Below are positions 48,125 to 57,819 of a stretch of 64,000 nucleotides of DNA, in pieces. The stretch lies in assembly GCA_037439845.1 (NCBI GenBank), contig JBBIVF010000001.1:1842-65841 (forward strand), read 5' to 3'. Position 1 is the first letter of the stretch; each line of letters starts with the position of its first letter. Source of the stretch: Candidatus Woesearchaeota archaeon. Its GTDB lineage: Archaea > Nanobdellota > Nanobdellia > Woesearchaeales > JBBIVF01. The notes below the pieces were generated by a model. The model saw nothing but the letters and a program-made list of their open reading frames with translations. It had not been told where the DNA came from and ran no database searches. The translations under genes and the position numbers were made by a program.

Positions 48125-49663
48125 TTATCTTCTTAATTCCTCAAAAATTATATTTCTTTTTTGAATATTATAAATTTTTTCTTTTATAAATTCTGTAAAT
48201 AGAGGAATTCTTATAGGCAAGGCAAAATGGGCAAAAGTTGAAGTAATTATGGCTTCGCCTTTGTCGAGAGATGCGATGTTTCTTGAATCCTGGCTTAAAT
48301 CTTGAGCTGCTGAATCAATTATTGCCTGCCTTTCATTTGCCATCTCCACTCCTAAGATTATTTTTGTGTTAATATTTGCAAGAATATCTTTTGGGATTGC
48401 GCTTGGAAGTTGGGTTATTGCAGTAAGACCTATCTTGAATTTTCTTCCTTCTCTTGCAATTGTAGAAAATATATTTGGACCTTTCTCCAATACTTCTTTT
48501 CCAAGAACTCTTGGAGCCTCTTCAATAACAATAGAGATAACTGGTTTTGAGTCAAGCTCACCTGTTGTCTTGTAATGCTGGTATTTCCTGAGGATTTCTG
48601 AGGCTATTAATGAGCCAACAAGTATTTCCTGGCTGCTTGAGAGATTAGATGTGTCTATGATTACTATTTTTGAATTTTCCAGTTCTGCTGCTATGTCAAG
48701 ATGGGTTGTCATTCCTGATTTGATGTCAAATATTCCGTGACAGAGAAGATGATTGTTTGTGAACTCAAGATCTAGGATATTTAGTATCTTTCTTTTCACG
48801 ACGTGCAGTGTTCCTTCCTGAAAATGAATGCCCTCTATTTCTTTTTCGAGAATTATGGACTCTATCCATTTCTTTCCGAAGAATTTATAGTATATTCTGA
48901 GAAGGTCATATTGTGGAGGAGTAAGGTTTAATGCGCCGTCAAAATGCTCTGGCTTTATATTAGTGATATTGAATGTCAGTGTTCTTTGTCCTGCAGGCGC
49001 ATTTCTTGAGGTATAATACACAATTTTGTCCTTGTTTGGATGATCCTTAAGGCCTTGTCTTGTTCTGCCAAAATACTCGTCATGAGGATCCAGCACAAGA
49101 ACACCGCAATAATCTTTATCTACTGAGTCCCATAACATAACTGAGGTTAGGTTTGATTTGCCTCTTCCTGTTGTAGCTGCAATAAGTATGTGATGTGAAA
49201 ATACATCTTTACCTTTCAGAAAAATATCAACATCTATAATTTTTGAACCAGATCTTAATTTTCCAAAATATATTGAATCTTCTGGCTTTGTAATGAACGA
49301 GAGGTCTTGTTTGTTTATTTCTCTCAAGAATGAAAAAAAAGAAGGCAGTGTCTTGCACAAGGAAGTTGTGTTGTTTTTTATTGCGAGCAATGGTTTTAGA
49401 CATGCAATATTGTAATTTCTTAAATTTTTGTCGAGAAATTCATAGGAATGATTCTCTTCAAGTGTCATTCCTGATATTAATTCAAGGTTTTTGTCTGAAA
49501 TTTGTGAAGAGTAAAGAAGTTCATAAACCTGAAAAATAATCTTCTGATGTTCTGTTTCTGATACCATTAATTCTCCAAGCTCTATTTCTTTGCCTGATTT
49601 TTGTCTTGCAATGATTTTTCCATATTCGCCTGATATTATTTGGGCTTTAATTTCTTCGGACAT
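48125..49663 (-). CDS. herA: HerA-like / DUF87 FtsK-HerA superfamily ATPase
   Basis: Walker [13 protein letters not shown]. Walker B region VIIDTSNL...VIEEAPR. N-terminal HAS-barrel-like region. C-terminal [17 protein letters not shown]. 512 aa. Confidence 0.7.
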   Translation of the reverse strand: MSEEIKAQIISGEYGKIIARQKSGKEIELGELMVSETEHQKIIFQVYELLYSSQISDKNLELISGMTLEENHSYEFLDKNLRNYNIACLKPLLAIKNNTTSLCKTLPSFFSFLREINKQDLSFITKPEDSIYFGKLRSGSKIIDVDIFLKGKDVFSHHILIAATTGRGKSNLTSVMLWDSVDKDYCGVLVLDPHDEYFGRTRQGLKDHPNKDKIVYYTSRNAPAGQRTLTFNITNIKPEHFDGALNLTPPQYDLLRIYYKFFGKKWIESIILEKEIEGIHFQEGTLHVVKRKILNILDLEFTNNHLLCHGIFDIKSGMTTHLDIAAELENSKIVIIDTSNLSSSQEILVGSLIASEILRKYQHYKTTGELDSKPVISIVIEEAPRVLGKEVLEKGPNIFSTIAREGRKFKIGLTAITQLPSAIPKDILANINTKIILGVEMANERQAIIDSAAQDLSQDSRNIASLDKGEAIITSTFAHFALPIRIPLFTEFIKEKIYNIQKRNIIFEELRR

Positions 49664-49904
49664 TATTTTTTTAATTTTTTTTAATGAATATTTATAATTA
49701 ATTTTTTTCTATATTGATGTTTATTTGTGGTTTATTTTCCATATGAAATTCAGGAGTTTTATGTTGAATATTATCTGAAAAATGTTTAATTTTCTATTAA
49801 TAGGCCTTAAAAATGTATTTTTCCACAGGAAATGAAGGAGGTATATATCTTGGAAAATATTTGTCTTTAAATAAAAGCATTTATAAACTAGTGGATTTTT
49901 AGTA

Positions 49905-49939
49905 TTTAAATAATTTAAAAATAAGAATGTCAAGGGGGT
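49905..49939 (+). promoter_or_regulatory. Putative TATA box (tttaaata) and Shine-Dalgarno-like GGGGG upstream of tbp
   Basis: AT-rich TATA-like octamer about 35 nt upstream of the ATG at 49947. GGGGGT at 49934-49939 is 8 nt upstream of the start. Confidence 0.3.
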
Positions 49940-49946
49940 AGTTAAA

Positions 49947-50495
49947 ATGGATGAGAGCATTAAAAAAAATGTTAAGGTTGTGAATATAGTTGTTTCAAGT
50001 TCACTTGAACACGATATTCCTTTGGAAAAAGTTGCTGCAACATTATCTAATACAGAATACAATCCTGAACAATTTCCTGGATTAGTAATAAGAATAAAAG
50101 AACCAAAAACTTCTGCTCTCATTTTCAGTTCTGGAAAGATTGTGTGCACTGGTGCGAAATCCCTTGACAAAGTAGAAGAATCAATCCAGACAATAATCAA
50201 AAGTTTAGAAAAGATTGGCATACATATTAAGATTAAACCGAAAATTGTTGTGCAGAACATTGTGGCTGCAGGTAACATAAATATGGACCTAAATCTGAAC
50301 ACACTTGCAGTCAAGCTTGAAAACACAGAATATGAACCAGAACAATTCCCTGGTCTTGTCTATAAGCTGGCAGAAGCTAAAGCTACATTCTTGTTATTCT
50401 CAAACGGCAAGATAGTCTGCACAGGAACAAAGAGCGAAGATGAAGTATATACTGCATTGGATATGCTCATTGAGAATCTCAAGAAAGTAAAATAA
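49947..50495 (+). CDS. tbp: TATA-box binding protein
   Basis: Two direct repeats with the NxEYNPEQFPGLV(I/Y)(R/K) signature. 182 aa. Confidence 0.9.
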   Translation: MDESIKKNVKVVNIVVSSSLEHDIPLEKVAATLSNTEYNPEQFPGLVIRIKEPKTSALIFSSGKIVCTGAKSLDKVEESIQTIIKSLEKIGIHIKIKPKIVVQNIVAAGNINMDLNLNTLAVKLENTEYEPEQFPGLVYKLAEAKATFLLFSNGKIVCTGTKSEDEVYTALDMLIENLKKVK

Positions 50496-50570
50496 ATTTT
50501 TCATCTTTATTGAAATAAATTCAAATTTTCAATAGATAAAAATATCAATAAGTTTTGGAAAAGGGGCAAG

Positions 50571-52592
50571 ATGTTAAATGTCAATGAACAAATAAGAAGG
50601 TTTAATGAATTTGTTGAAAAATATTATCTTGACACTTTATTAGAAAATGTCAGAAAGGGCAACAAGTTCCTAAAAGTGGATTTCTTGTTGTTGTCAAAAT
50701 ATGACCCTGAGCTTGCAGAAATTATATTTGAACAACCTGAAGAAGTCTTTAAGGCATTTGAGATTGCTCTTCTTCAATTTGATTATGCTCAAAAACCAGA
50801 TTATGTCAGGGTAAGATTCTATAATCTTCCTCCTTCTTCTTACATAGATATCAGAGACATAAGAGCAAAGGAAATAAACAAATATTTTTATGTAGAGGGA
50901 GTTGTAAGGCAAAAATCTGAAATAAGGCCGCAGGTCACGAGCGCGAGGTTTGAATGTCCTAGTTGCGGCAATATAATGAATGTTCTTCAACTAGATAAGA
51001 AGTTCAAAGAACCATCAAGATGTCCTTGCGGAAGAAGCGGAAAATTCAGGATGATTTCTAAAGAGCTGGTGGATGTGCAAGGACTAGACATAGAAGAAGC
51101 GCCTGAAAATCTCATTGGTGGAGAGCAGCCTAAAAGAATCAAGGTTTTCTTGAAAGAGGACCTTGTTAGTCCAATGTCAGACAAGAAAACAAACCCAGGA
51201 ACAAAGATAAGAGTATTTGGAATATTGAAAGAGGTGCCGATTGTGCTGCAGACAGGAGGCCAAAGCACAAGATTTGACTTGATTATTGAAGCAAATGAGA
51301 TAGAGCCAATCGAGGAGGATTTCGGAGAGCTGGCAATAGATGAGAAAACAAAACAAGAGATTCTTGAATTGAGCAAAGACCCTAAAATCATTCAAAAACT
51401 CATAGACAGCATTGCTCCAAGTATATATGGCCATGAAAGAGTGAAAGAGGCGCTTGTACTTCAATTGTTCGGAGGAGTTAGAAAACAGAGGTCTGATGGA
51501 GTTGTTTCCAGAGGAGATATGCACATCCTTCTCGTCGGAGACCCTGGAAGCGGTAAGAGTCAGTTGCTCAAGAGAACTGCTATTGTTGCACCTAAAGCGA
51601 GATTTGTTTCTGGAAAGGGAGCTTCTGGAGCTGGAATTACTGCAAGCGTTGTCAAGGACGAGTTTCTTAAAGGATGGACACTAGAGGCAGGAGCGCTTGT
51701 TCTTGCACACAAAGGTATGTGCATGATAGACGAGCTTGACAAGATGTCAAAAGAAGACAGGGCTGCGATGCACGAGGCACTTGAGCAGCAGACAGTAACA
51801 ATTTCAAAAGCGAATATTCAAGCCACTTTACGATGCGAGACAACTGTGCTTGCAGCAGCAAATCCAAAGTTCGGAAGATTCGATCCTTTTGAGCTTATTG
51901 CAAAACAGATCGACCTGCCTCCTTCTTTGATAAACAGGTTTGACCTTATTTTTCCGATAAAAGACCTTCCTGACAAGGACCGGGATGATACAATGGCTTC
52001 ATTCATACTCAATATTCACCAGACAAAAAAGACAGGAGATGCAGAAATCAAAACAGATCTTCTTAGAAAATATATTGCATTTGCCAGGCAAAATATTGTT
52101 CCTAGTTTGACTGACAGCGCAGTGCAGGAGATAAAATCATATTATGTCACATTGAGGAGTTCTGGCTCTGATGAAGGAGGAATAAAAAGCGTGCCTATTA
52201 ACGCAAGACAGCTTGAAGGATTGATAAGATTGGCAGAAGCTTCAGCAAGAGCAAGATTATCTGATAAGGTGACGAAAAAAGATGCGAAAAGAGCTATTGA
52301 GTTGCTTGATTTTTGTTTGAGACAGATAGGAGTTGACCCTAAAACAGGAAAACTTGATATTGACAGAATAAGTTCAGGAGTAACTGCATCTGAAAGGTCC
52401 AAAATTTCTGTTGTCAAACAGATAATAGCAGAGCTTGAAGAAAAGCTTGGAAAACAAATACCTATTAAAGAGCTTGTGATAAATGCTGATGAAAAAGGCA
52501 TAGACTCTGCAGAAGTAGAGGATATAATAGAGAAATTGAAAAGGTCAGGAGACATATTCGAACCCGAAAGAGGATTAATACAGAGGTTATAA
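50571..52592 (+). CDS. mcm: MCM replicative helicase
   Basis: C4 Zn finger CPSCGN...CPCG. Walker A GDPGSGKSQLL, Walker B IDELDKM, arginine finger SRFD and a C-terminal wH. 673 aa, no intein. Confidence 0.9.
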   Translation: MLNVNEQIRRFNEFVEKYYLDTLLENVRKGNKFLKVDFLLLSKYDPELAEIIFEQPEEVFKAFEIALLQFDYAQKPDYVRVRFYNLPPSSYIDIRDIRAKEINKYFYVEGVVRQKSEIRPQVTSARFECPSCGNIMNVLQLDKKFKEPSRCPCGRSGKFRMISKELVDVQGLDIEEAPENLIGGEQPKRIKVFLKEDLVSPMSDKKTNPGTKIRVFGILKEVPIVLQTGGQSTRFDLIIEANEIEPIEEDFGELAIDEKTKQEILELSKDPKIIQKLIDSIAPSIYGHERVKEALVLQLFGGVRKQRSDGVVSRGDMHILLVGDPGSGKSQLLKRTAIVAPKARFVSGKGASGAGITASVVKDEFLKGWTLEAGALVLAHKGMCMIDELDKMSKEDRAAMHEALEQQTVTISKANIQATLRCETTVLAAANPKFGRFDPFELIAKQIDLPPSLINRFDLIFPIKDLPDKDRDDTMASFILNIHQTKKTGDAEIKTDLLRKYIAFARQNIVPSLTDSAVQEIKSYYVTLRSSGSDEGGIKSVPINARQLEGLIRLAEASARARLSDKVTKKDAKRAIELLDFCLRQIGVDPKTGKLDIDRISSGVTASERSKISVVKQIIAELEEKLGKQIPIKELVINADEKGIDSAEVEDIIEKLKRSGDIFEPERGLIQRL

Positions 52593-53278
52593 TGATGGAA
52601 GAGGTTCAAAAAAGACAAATCGCGTACAAAACAAATATAACTAATATTGTGTCAGGAAGATTTGTCAGACAAGAGGGTTGGCTACCTAATTATATTATTG
52701 ATAATGATAATAATATGCTCTCCCGGGTGAATGTGCTAGGAGTTATAGTGTCTAAAGACAATATGCCTGAGGATAATTTTAGCGCAGTAACTATTGACGA
52801 TGGTTCTGCTAAAATACAGGTTCGTGATTTTGATAAAGAGAAAATGAATGATTTTGAAGTAGGAAATGTGGTTAATATTATCGGAAAAATAAGAGAATAT
52901 GCTGGCAATGTGTATATTTTTCCTGAAATAATGAAAAAATTGGATGATAATAGGTGGATATTAGTTAGAAAAAAAGAAATTGAGAAATTGAAAAAATTAG
53001 GGGTGTATGAAAAATATCAAGAACAAGAAACCAAAGTCATGAAAGAAGAGACATTTATCCAGGCAAAAGAAGAAGAGAATATTGAAGAGAGTGTTGATTC
53101 AGGAGAAAGCAGGAAAATATATGAACTAATTAAGACACTTGATAATGGAGATGGTGTTGATATAGATGTCGTGATAAAGGAATCTGGAATGAATAATTCA
53201 GAAAGCATCATACTTGAGCTTTTAAAAAATGGTGAAGTTTTTGAACTGAAACCAGGACGTATCAAGGCATTAGAATAA
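52592..53278 (+). CDS. OB-fold plus C-terminal winged-helix protein, translationally coupled to mcm (RPA32/Stn1-like architecture)
   Basis: Start overlaps the mcm stop (ATGATGG). OB-fold-like segment VNVLGVIVSKD...AVTIDDGSAKIQVRDFD...VGNVVNIIGKIREYAGNVYIF. C-terminal wH-like IYELIKTLDNGDGVDIDVVIKESGMNNSESIILELLKNGEVFE. Confidence 0.5.
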   Translation: MMEEVQKRQIAYKTNITNIVSGRFVRQEGWLPNYIIDNDNNMLSRVNVLGVIVSKDNMPEDNFSAVTIDDGSAKIQVRDFDKEKMNDFEVGNVVNIIGKIREYAGNVYIFPEIMKKLDDNRWILVRKKEIEKLKKLGVYEKYQEQETKVMKEETFIQAKEEENIEESVDSGESRKIYELIKTLDNGDGVDIDVVIKESGMNNSESIILELLKNGEVFELKPGRIKALE

Positions 53279-54112
53279 AATCGGTGTTATGTATACTTCT
53301 AATATTGCTGCTATAAATAAAAGTATCAAGGAAATTGCCAGCAATGTTCCTGCATCTCCCATAATATTCTTGAAATTCTTTTTTCTATAGTCGTGATTGA
53401 CAACTGCAAAAGATATTATGCCGCCTGATAATCCTGCTATGAAATAAGAGGCCATTTCAGGTATGCCATGTAGCGCATATTTCAGCAAGGCAAAAGAAAT
53501 TATGGAGAAATAACTAGATATTTTGCTGAAACCAACAAGCTCAACTATCTTGGCAAGTTCTATCCTTATGAAATTTCCTATGACTGTACCCAGCACTGTT
53601 GCGTTCCAGATCAATATGAATATGGCTCCAATTCCATAAAGCAAAGAAAATAAAACACAGAGCAGCAGGACTCTGAGATTGTTGAAGAATATCTTGAACA
53701 ACAATCCTGATTTAATTGCTGCTGCGTTTATACTTGTTAGGGTGTTTGATTGTGCTGAAAAAACACTGAATACTATATTTTCAGGCAATATCACATACCA
53801 GAAAGCTGTTGCGAGCACAAAACCTATAAACATCCAGATAAAGAAACTTATTGCTTTCATGTGCTCTTTCAGCATCTTAGGCTCTTTTGTTGTTTTCGTG
53901 TCTTTTTTTTCTTCTAATCTTATTACTCTGTACATAATCGGGAATGCAGCGAAGACTGCGAGAAAAACAGTTACCATTGATGCCTGTGACCTAAATATCC
54001 AGTAACTTAAGAAAATAGCAATAGTCATATAAAGAAAACTCAAGAACATCATACTATATGGCTTCTTCTCAGCAAGTATTGGATTTATTATTGATTCAAA
54101 AACCATAACCAT
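53270..54112 (-). CDS. Polytopic membrane protein (DUF95/SpoIIM-like?)
   Basis: 280 aa, 6-7 TM helices. Confidence 0.4.
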   Translation of the reverse strand: MVMVFESIINPILAEKKPYSMMFLSFLYMTIAIFLSYWIFRSQASMVTVFLAVFAAFPIMYRVIRLEEKKDTKTTKEPKMLKEHMKAISFFIWMFIGFVLATAFWYVILPENIVFSVFSAQSNTLTSINAAAIKSGLLFKIFFNNLRVLLLCVLFSLLYGIGAIFILIWNATVLGTVIGNFIRIELAKIVELVGFSKISSYFSIISFALLKYALHGIPEMASYFIAGLSGGIISFAVVNHDYRKKNFKNIMGDAGTLLAISLILLFIAAILEVYITPILF

Positions 54113-54192
54113 AAAATTGAGGTTGTGCTATATAAAGATTACTGAGAACTGATATTATATGTTTTATTTGATATATTAGTTGTTATATATTT

Positions 54193-55899
54193 TTACTTAT
54201 TGTATATTATTTCTATAATCTTGGCATATGCTGGTCTTGTCAAGAAAACGCCTATTGAAACTCCAACAATAGTTACAATGGCAAATCCTTTCACTAAACC
54301 TGCTCCTGCAAAAAGCAACGGCACCATTGCAATTGAGGTGGCAAAATAAGCACCCATTATTATGAAAAATGCTTTCTTTAATTTAGTTTTCCAGTCATAG
54401 ATTTCTCTTTTCTTTCCGAATAATGTCTCATCTGCGATTATAATCTGGTCATCTACTCCTGTTCCTGTTGCAACCACAATACCTGCTATTGCTGCAAGAT
54501 CAAGATTCCAGCCTGCCAGAGCCGCGAATCCCAGAAGCAGAAGAACTTCTATCAGCATTGTAAAAAACATTGGAATGCTTACCCATAATTTTCTGTATCT
54601 AATGAAAACAACTAATGCCACACAAATAATAGAAACAAATCCTACTAAAATCGCGTTCTTAAGGAATTGCTCTCCTAAAATAGGTGAGATAGAATCTGAT
54701 TTGACTATTTTTAATTTGACAGGAAGACTGCCTGTGACTAAAATTGTCTGCAATCTTTTCATCTGTGCTGCTGAATCCTGTGCTGCTAATGCCCTTGTTT
54801 GCCCTGTTCCTGAGCCTGATATTGAAATGTCAGTGACAGGTCTTCCTTTCAGGTCTGCTCCAATATTGAGTGAATCAACCAGCTGGTCATCGAGATAAAG
54901 ATCTAATTTCTCAGAAAGATACTGCTCTCCGTTTTGATCTACAATAGCCAAGTTCTTTGTCATGTCTGCCTGTTTTTGAGCTGCTTCTGGACTTAATGTG
55001 ATAGAGAAACTAAATATGCAAAAATGTTCATTTCCGCTTTGACCGCAACCTCTTCTCGGGTCTATTGCATATGCGCATTGAGGTGTCCGACAGACATATT
55101 TTATATCCTGTCCTCCTTTGAAGACAGTTGTATTTCCTATCTTTGCCTCGAACTTTCCCTGTTGTGATATTAATGTCTTTACTTCTTCTTCGTTTGCTCC
55201 TGCTATCTCGACTAAAATATAATGATTTCTTGAAAGGTCACTGACTTTCGCAACGACAATATCGCTAAGGCCATAAACATTCAATCTCTGCTTGAGATTG
55301 TCAATAATCATATCCATATCTTCGCTAGTGGTATTTTCTTCTGGCTGAAGCAAGACTCTTGTGCCTCCTTCAATATCCAATCCTTTTTTCAGATTGTTTG
55401 TAGGTGCCTCATATACAGTAATGCCTAATGGCTCTGTGCCTATTATTTTCTTTTCTTGTTTTGGGACTTCCTTTTTAATTTCTCTTATCATAGTTTGATT
55501 TTTTTGTTCATCGAAATACGACTCGTTAACAAGAATTATTTCTGTTTCATTCAAGTCAATTATTTCGTATAATGGTTTTGTTGTTATTGTATATACTTGC
55601 TTGTTTGTCTTGATTAGTATAGGCACATCTGGCTGCAGGTCTTTTGTCGCCATGAAATATTCTTCAACTGTGTTTGTTGCAATGCCATTTACAAACAATA
55701 TCCTTTCTTTTGAAACTGGTCTTGTTCCTGGTTCTGGGCTTTTTAGGCCAGCTGCTTCTGCTGCGCTGTTTTTCGCAACTGCCCTTATGGCAACTCCCTC
55801 AACACCAAATTTAGGGTGAATTGCTACTAAGGACATGATTATGAATAATATCAGAATTATTATTCTTAGACTTGTTAATAGCTGCTTAATCTTGGACAT
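54193..55899 (-). CDS. secD: Protein-export membrane protein SecD
   Basis: N-terminal TM, a large periplasmic-type domain and a C-terminal 6-TM bundle (GWNLDLAAIAGIVVATGTGVDDQIII). Overlaps secF by 14 nt. Confidence 0.8.
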   Translation of the reverse strand: MSKIKQLLTSLRIIILILFIIMSLVAIHPKFGVEGVAIRAVAKNSAAEAAGLKSPEPGTRPVSKERILFVNGIATNTVEEYFMATKDLQPDVPILIKTNKQVYTITTKPLYEIIDLNETEIILVNESYFDEQKNQTMIREIKKEVPKQEKKIIGTEPLGITVYEAPTNNLKKGLDIEGGTRVLLQPEENTTSEDMDMIIDNLKQRLNVYGLSDIVVAKVSDLSRNHYILVEIAGANEEEVKTLISQQGKFEAKIGNTTVFKGGQDIKYVCRTPQCAYAIDPRRGCGQSGNEHFCIFSFSITLSPEAAQKQADMTKNLAIVDQNGEQYLSEKLDLYLDDQLVDSLNIGADLKGRPVTDISISGSGTGQTRALAAQDSAAQMKRLQTILVTGSLPVKLKIVKSDSISPILGEQFLKNAILVGFVSIICVALVVFIRYRKLWVSIPMFFTMLIEVLLLLGFAALAGWNLDLAAIAGIVVATGTGVDDQIIIADETLFGKKREIYDWKTKLKKAFFIIMGAYFATSIAMVPLLFAGAGLVKGFAIVTIVGVSIGVFLTRPAYAKIIEIIYNK

Positions 55900-56905
55900 T
55901 TTGCTCTTTTACTTTAGGTTTTTCCAGATACCATCTCAACACAGGATAGTTCCATAACCATGTGAAAATCAGGTCTGCGATGAGACCAATAAATATTATT
56001 GTCATAATCTGCCTGAACACGTCTGATTGCGCAATTAAAAGTCCTATAAACGCAGCAGTAATTGTGGTTAGCGTCATTGTCCAGCCGGGTTTAATCGCGT
56101 TCAATACTCTTTCAATCATTGAATATTCTGTATCTTTTATCATCTTCGTGGAAAGAAGAATGTCTGTGTCAATTGAGTATCCTATTAACATTAACATTGC
56201 TGCTATGCCTGAAGTGGAAACTTTTATTCCTAAAATGTTTATTATTGCCATAGTGAAAACTATATCTGCGAAAGCACAAGAGATCACAGTTATAGAAGGT
56301 ATGAATTTCTTGAAATATAACATGACAACAATACCCATACCCAAGAATGCTAATAACACACTGAAGAGAGTTTCTTTAAAGAAGCTTTCTCCTAATGTGC
56401 TTCCACTCATGTCAATACTGAATCTATCCTTATCTAATTTTCCTAATTTTTGCTCAACCAGAGAGAGAAGTTGTTTGTCTTCAATGTCAGAGGCCTCAAT
56501 TATTATTCCAGATATTGCTCCTCCTGACTTGATGTATCTTATTAAAACATCTCCCTGAATATTGTCCTTGAGATATTTTTCTAGAGCAGGGATGTCGATG
56601 CTATTGTCTATAGATATTGTGAGAGTTATGCCTCCTGTTAAGGACACTGCTTTGGGAAATAGATCTCCTGTTTGAATATAGTGAAAAATCACTATGCTTA
56701 ATGCGATAATGAATAAAAAGATAGGTAATATCATTATTTTTTTGTAATGAACATCATAGAACTGTATTATTTTGCTATGTTTCTTTGAATGTGAATGCTC
56801 AAGATGAGTTTCATTGGTTTTCTGTTGTTGTTTTTTTGCTTCTATTTCTTTCAGTCTTTCTTCTCTTTTTCTGAGTCTTCTTTCTCTTCTTTTGCTTATT
56901 TCCAT
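55886..56905 (-). CDS. secF: Protein-export membrane protein SecF with a basic N-terminal extension
   Basis: C-terminal LIGYSIDTDILLSTKM and the TM bundle match SecF. About 50-aa Lys/Arg/Glu-rich N-terminal extension. Confidence 0.8.
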   Translation of the reverse strand: MEISKRRERRLRKREERLKEIEAKKQQQKTNETHLEHSHSKKHSKIIQFYDVHYKKIMILPIFLFIIALSIVIFHYIQTGDLFPKAVSLTGGITLTISIDNSIDIPALEKYLKDNIQGDVLIRYIKSGGAISGIIIEASDIEDKQLLSLVEQKLGKLDKDRFSIDMSGSTLGESFFKETLFSVLLAFLGMGIVVMLYFKKFIPSITVISCAFADIVFTMAIINILGIKVSTSGIAAMLMLIGYSIDTDILLSTKMIKDTEYSMIERVLNAIKPGWTMTLTTITAAFIGLLIAQSDVFRQIMTIIFIGLIADLIFTWLWNYPVLRWYLEKPKVKEQNVQD

Positions 56906-57050
56906 CTTTAATCGGGTTTTTTTTGGTTCTTTTAAAAAGTTTTCTAATACTGAAACACCATATGTCCTTTGTTTCGTGTGGAGGTGAAATTTTAGAAAAG
57001 AGTAGTTAGAACAGAGTAGTCTGGTTTTATTCAGTGAATATTTAGTGAAT

Positions 57051-57190
57051 TATAAGTAAAAGTTTATATTATTATAAGTAAAAGTTTATTATAAGTAAAA
57101 GTTTATATTATTATAAGTAAAAGTTTATATTATTATAAGTAAAAGTTTATTATAAGTAAAAGTTTATATTATTATAAGTAAAAGTTTATA
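57051..57190. repeat. Seven tandem copies of the 17-bp core TATAAGTAAAAGTTTAT, spaced 22/17/22/22/17/22; candidate origin-recognition (ORB-like) repeats
   Basis: Core ATAAGTAAAAGTTTAT starts at 57052, 57074, 57091, 57113, 57135, 57152 and 57174. It lies about 630 bp upstream of orc1/cdc6, next to a stretch that is more than 85% AT. Confidence 0.8.
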
Positions 57191-57199
57191 GAGGGTGTT

Positions 57200-57560
57200 T
57201 TGTGATTTCTATAAGGAAGGTGGTTTTTTGAAAAATAATGATTTTTTGTTTGGATTTGGTTTTTTATTGATTTTTATTTTTTTATTATTTATTTAATTTT
57301 TATTTTTAGTTTTTATTATATTTTTTTAGTTGATTTAACAATATGTTAGTTTTTATTCTTTTAATATTAATTTTATTTTTCAATGTTAGTTTTATTTTTA
57401 ATATTAAACATATTTTTATTTCATTTCATAATTTTCCATATAGAAACCAAATTTTTCGAACATGACAAAAATAAAAAAATTTCTTAGAATTTTGTTTAAT
57501 TTTACTTGAAAAAATGATTATTTTCTATATTTTTTCGTTAAAAAATTAATTTATTGAATA
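57200..57560. other. Extremely AT-rich stretch; candidate DNA unwinding element of oriC
   Basis: Almost pure A/T runs (tttttattgatttttatttttttattatttatttaattttt...) between the tandem repeats and orc1/cdc6. Confidence 0.4.
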
Positions 57561-57786
57561 ATTATTTAAAATACACTTTATTAAAAACAAAAGAGATGAT
57601 AAAAATCAAAAGACTCTGATATCACTTCAACACCAAAAAATTCAAATATTTCCAAATGAAATAGAGGTGTGTTGGTGTCTAAATCTGAAATCTAATGGCT
57701 AAATTAAAAAGGCGCTATAAACTATATATTCTATTATAATAAGGATTATTTCACAATGACAACAATTTAATCCCTCAAAACAAACA

Positions 57787-57794
57787 TTTATATA
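57787..57794 (+). promoter_or_regulatory. Putative TATA box (tttatata) for orc1/cdc6, consistent with a leaderless transcript
   Basis: The octamer ends 25 nt upstream of the ATG at 57820. Typical archaeal TATA-to-TSS spacing would put the TSS at or near the start codon. Confidence 0.3.
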
Positions 57795-57819
57795 CCTCTG
57801 TTTCGAATGGAAAAATCTC

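Noticed and set aside
49721-50326. 201-aa minus-strand ORF considered as a possible NurA partner of HerA
   Set aside because: It is low-complexity and hydrophobic nonsense lying antisense to the highly conserved tbp gene (49947..50495), so it is a shadow ORF.
57051-57190. Tandem 17-bp repeats considered as a possible CRISPR array
   Set aside because: The repeats are AT-rich, only 17 bp long, directly abutting or 5 bp apart with no unique spacers, and there are no cas genes. They fit origin or iteron repeats, not CRISPR.
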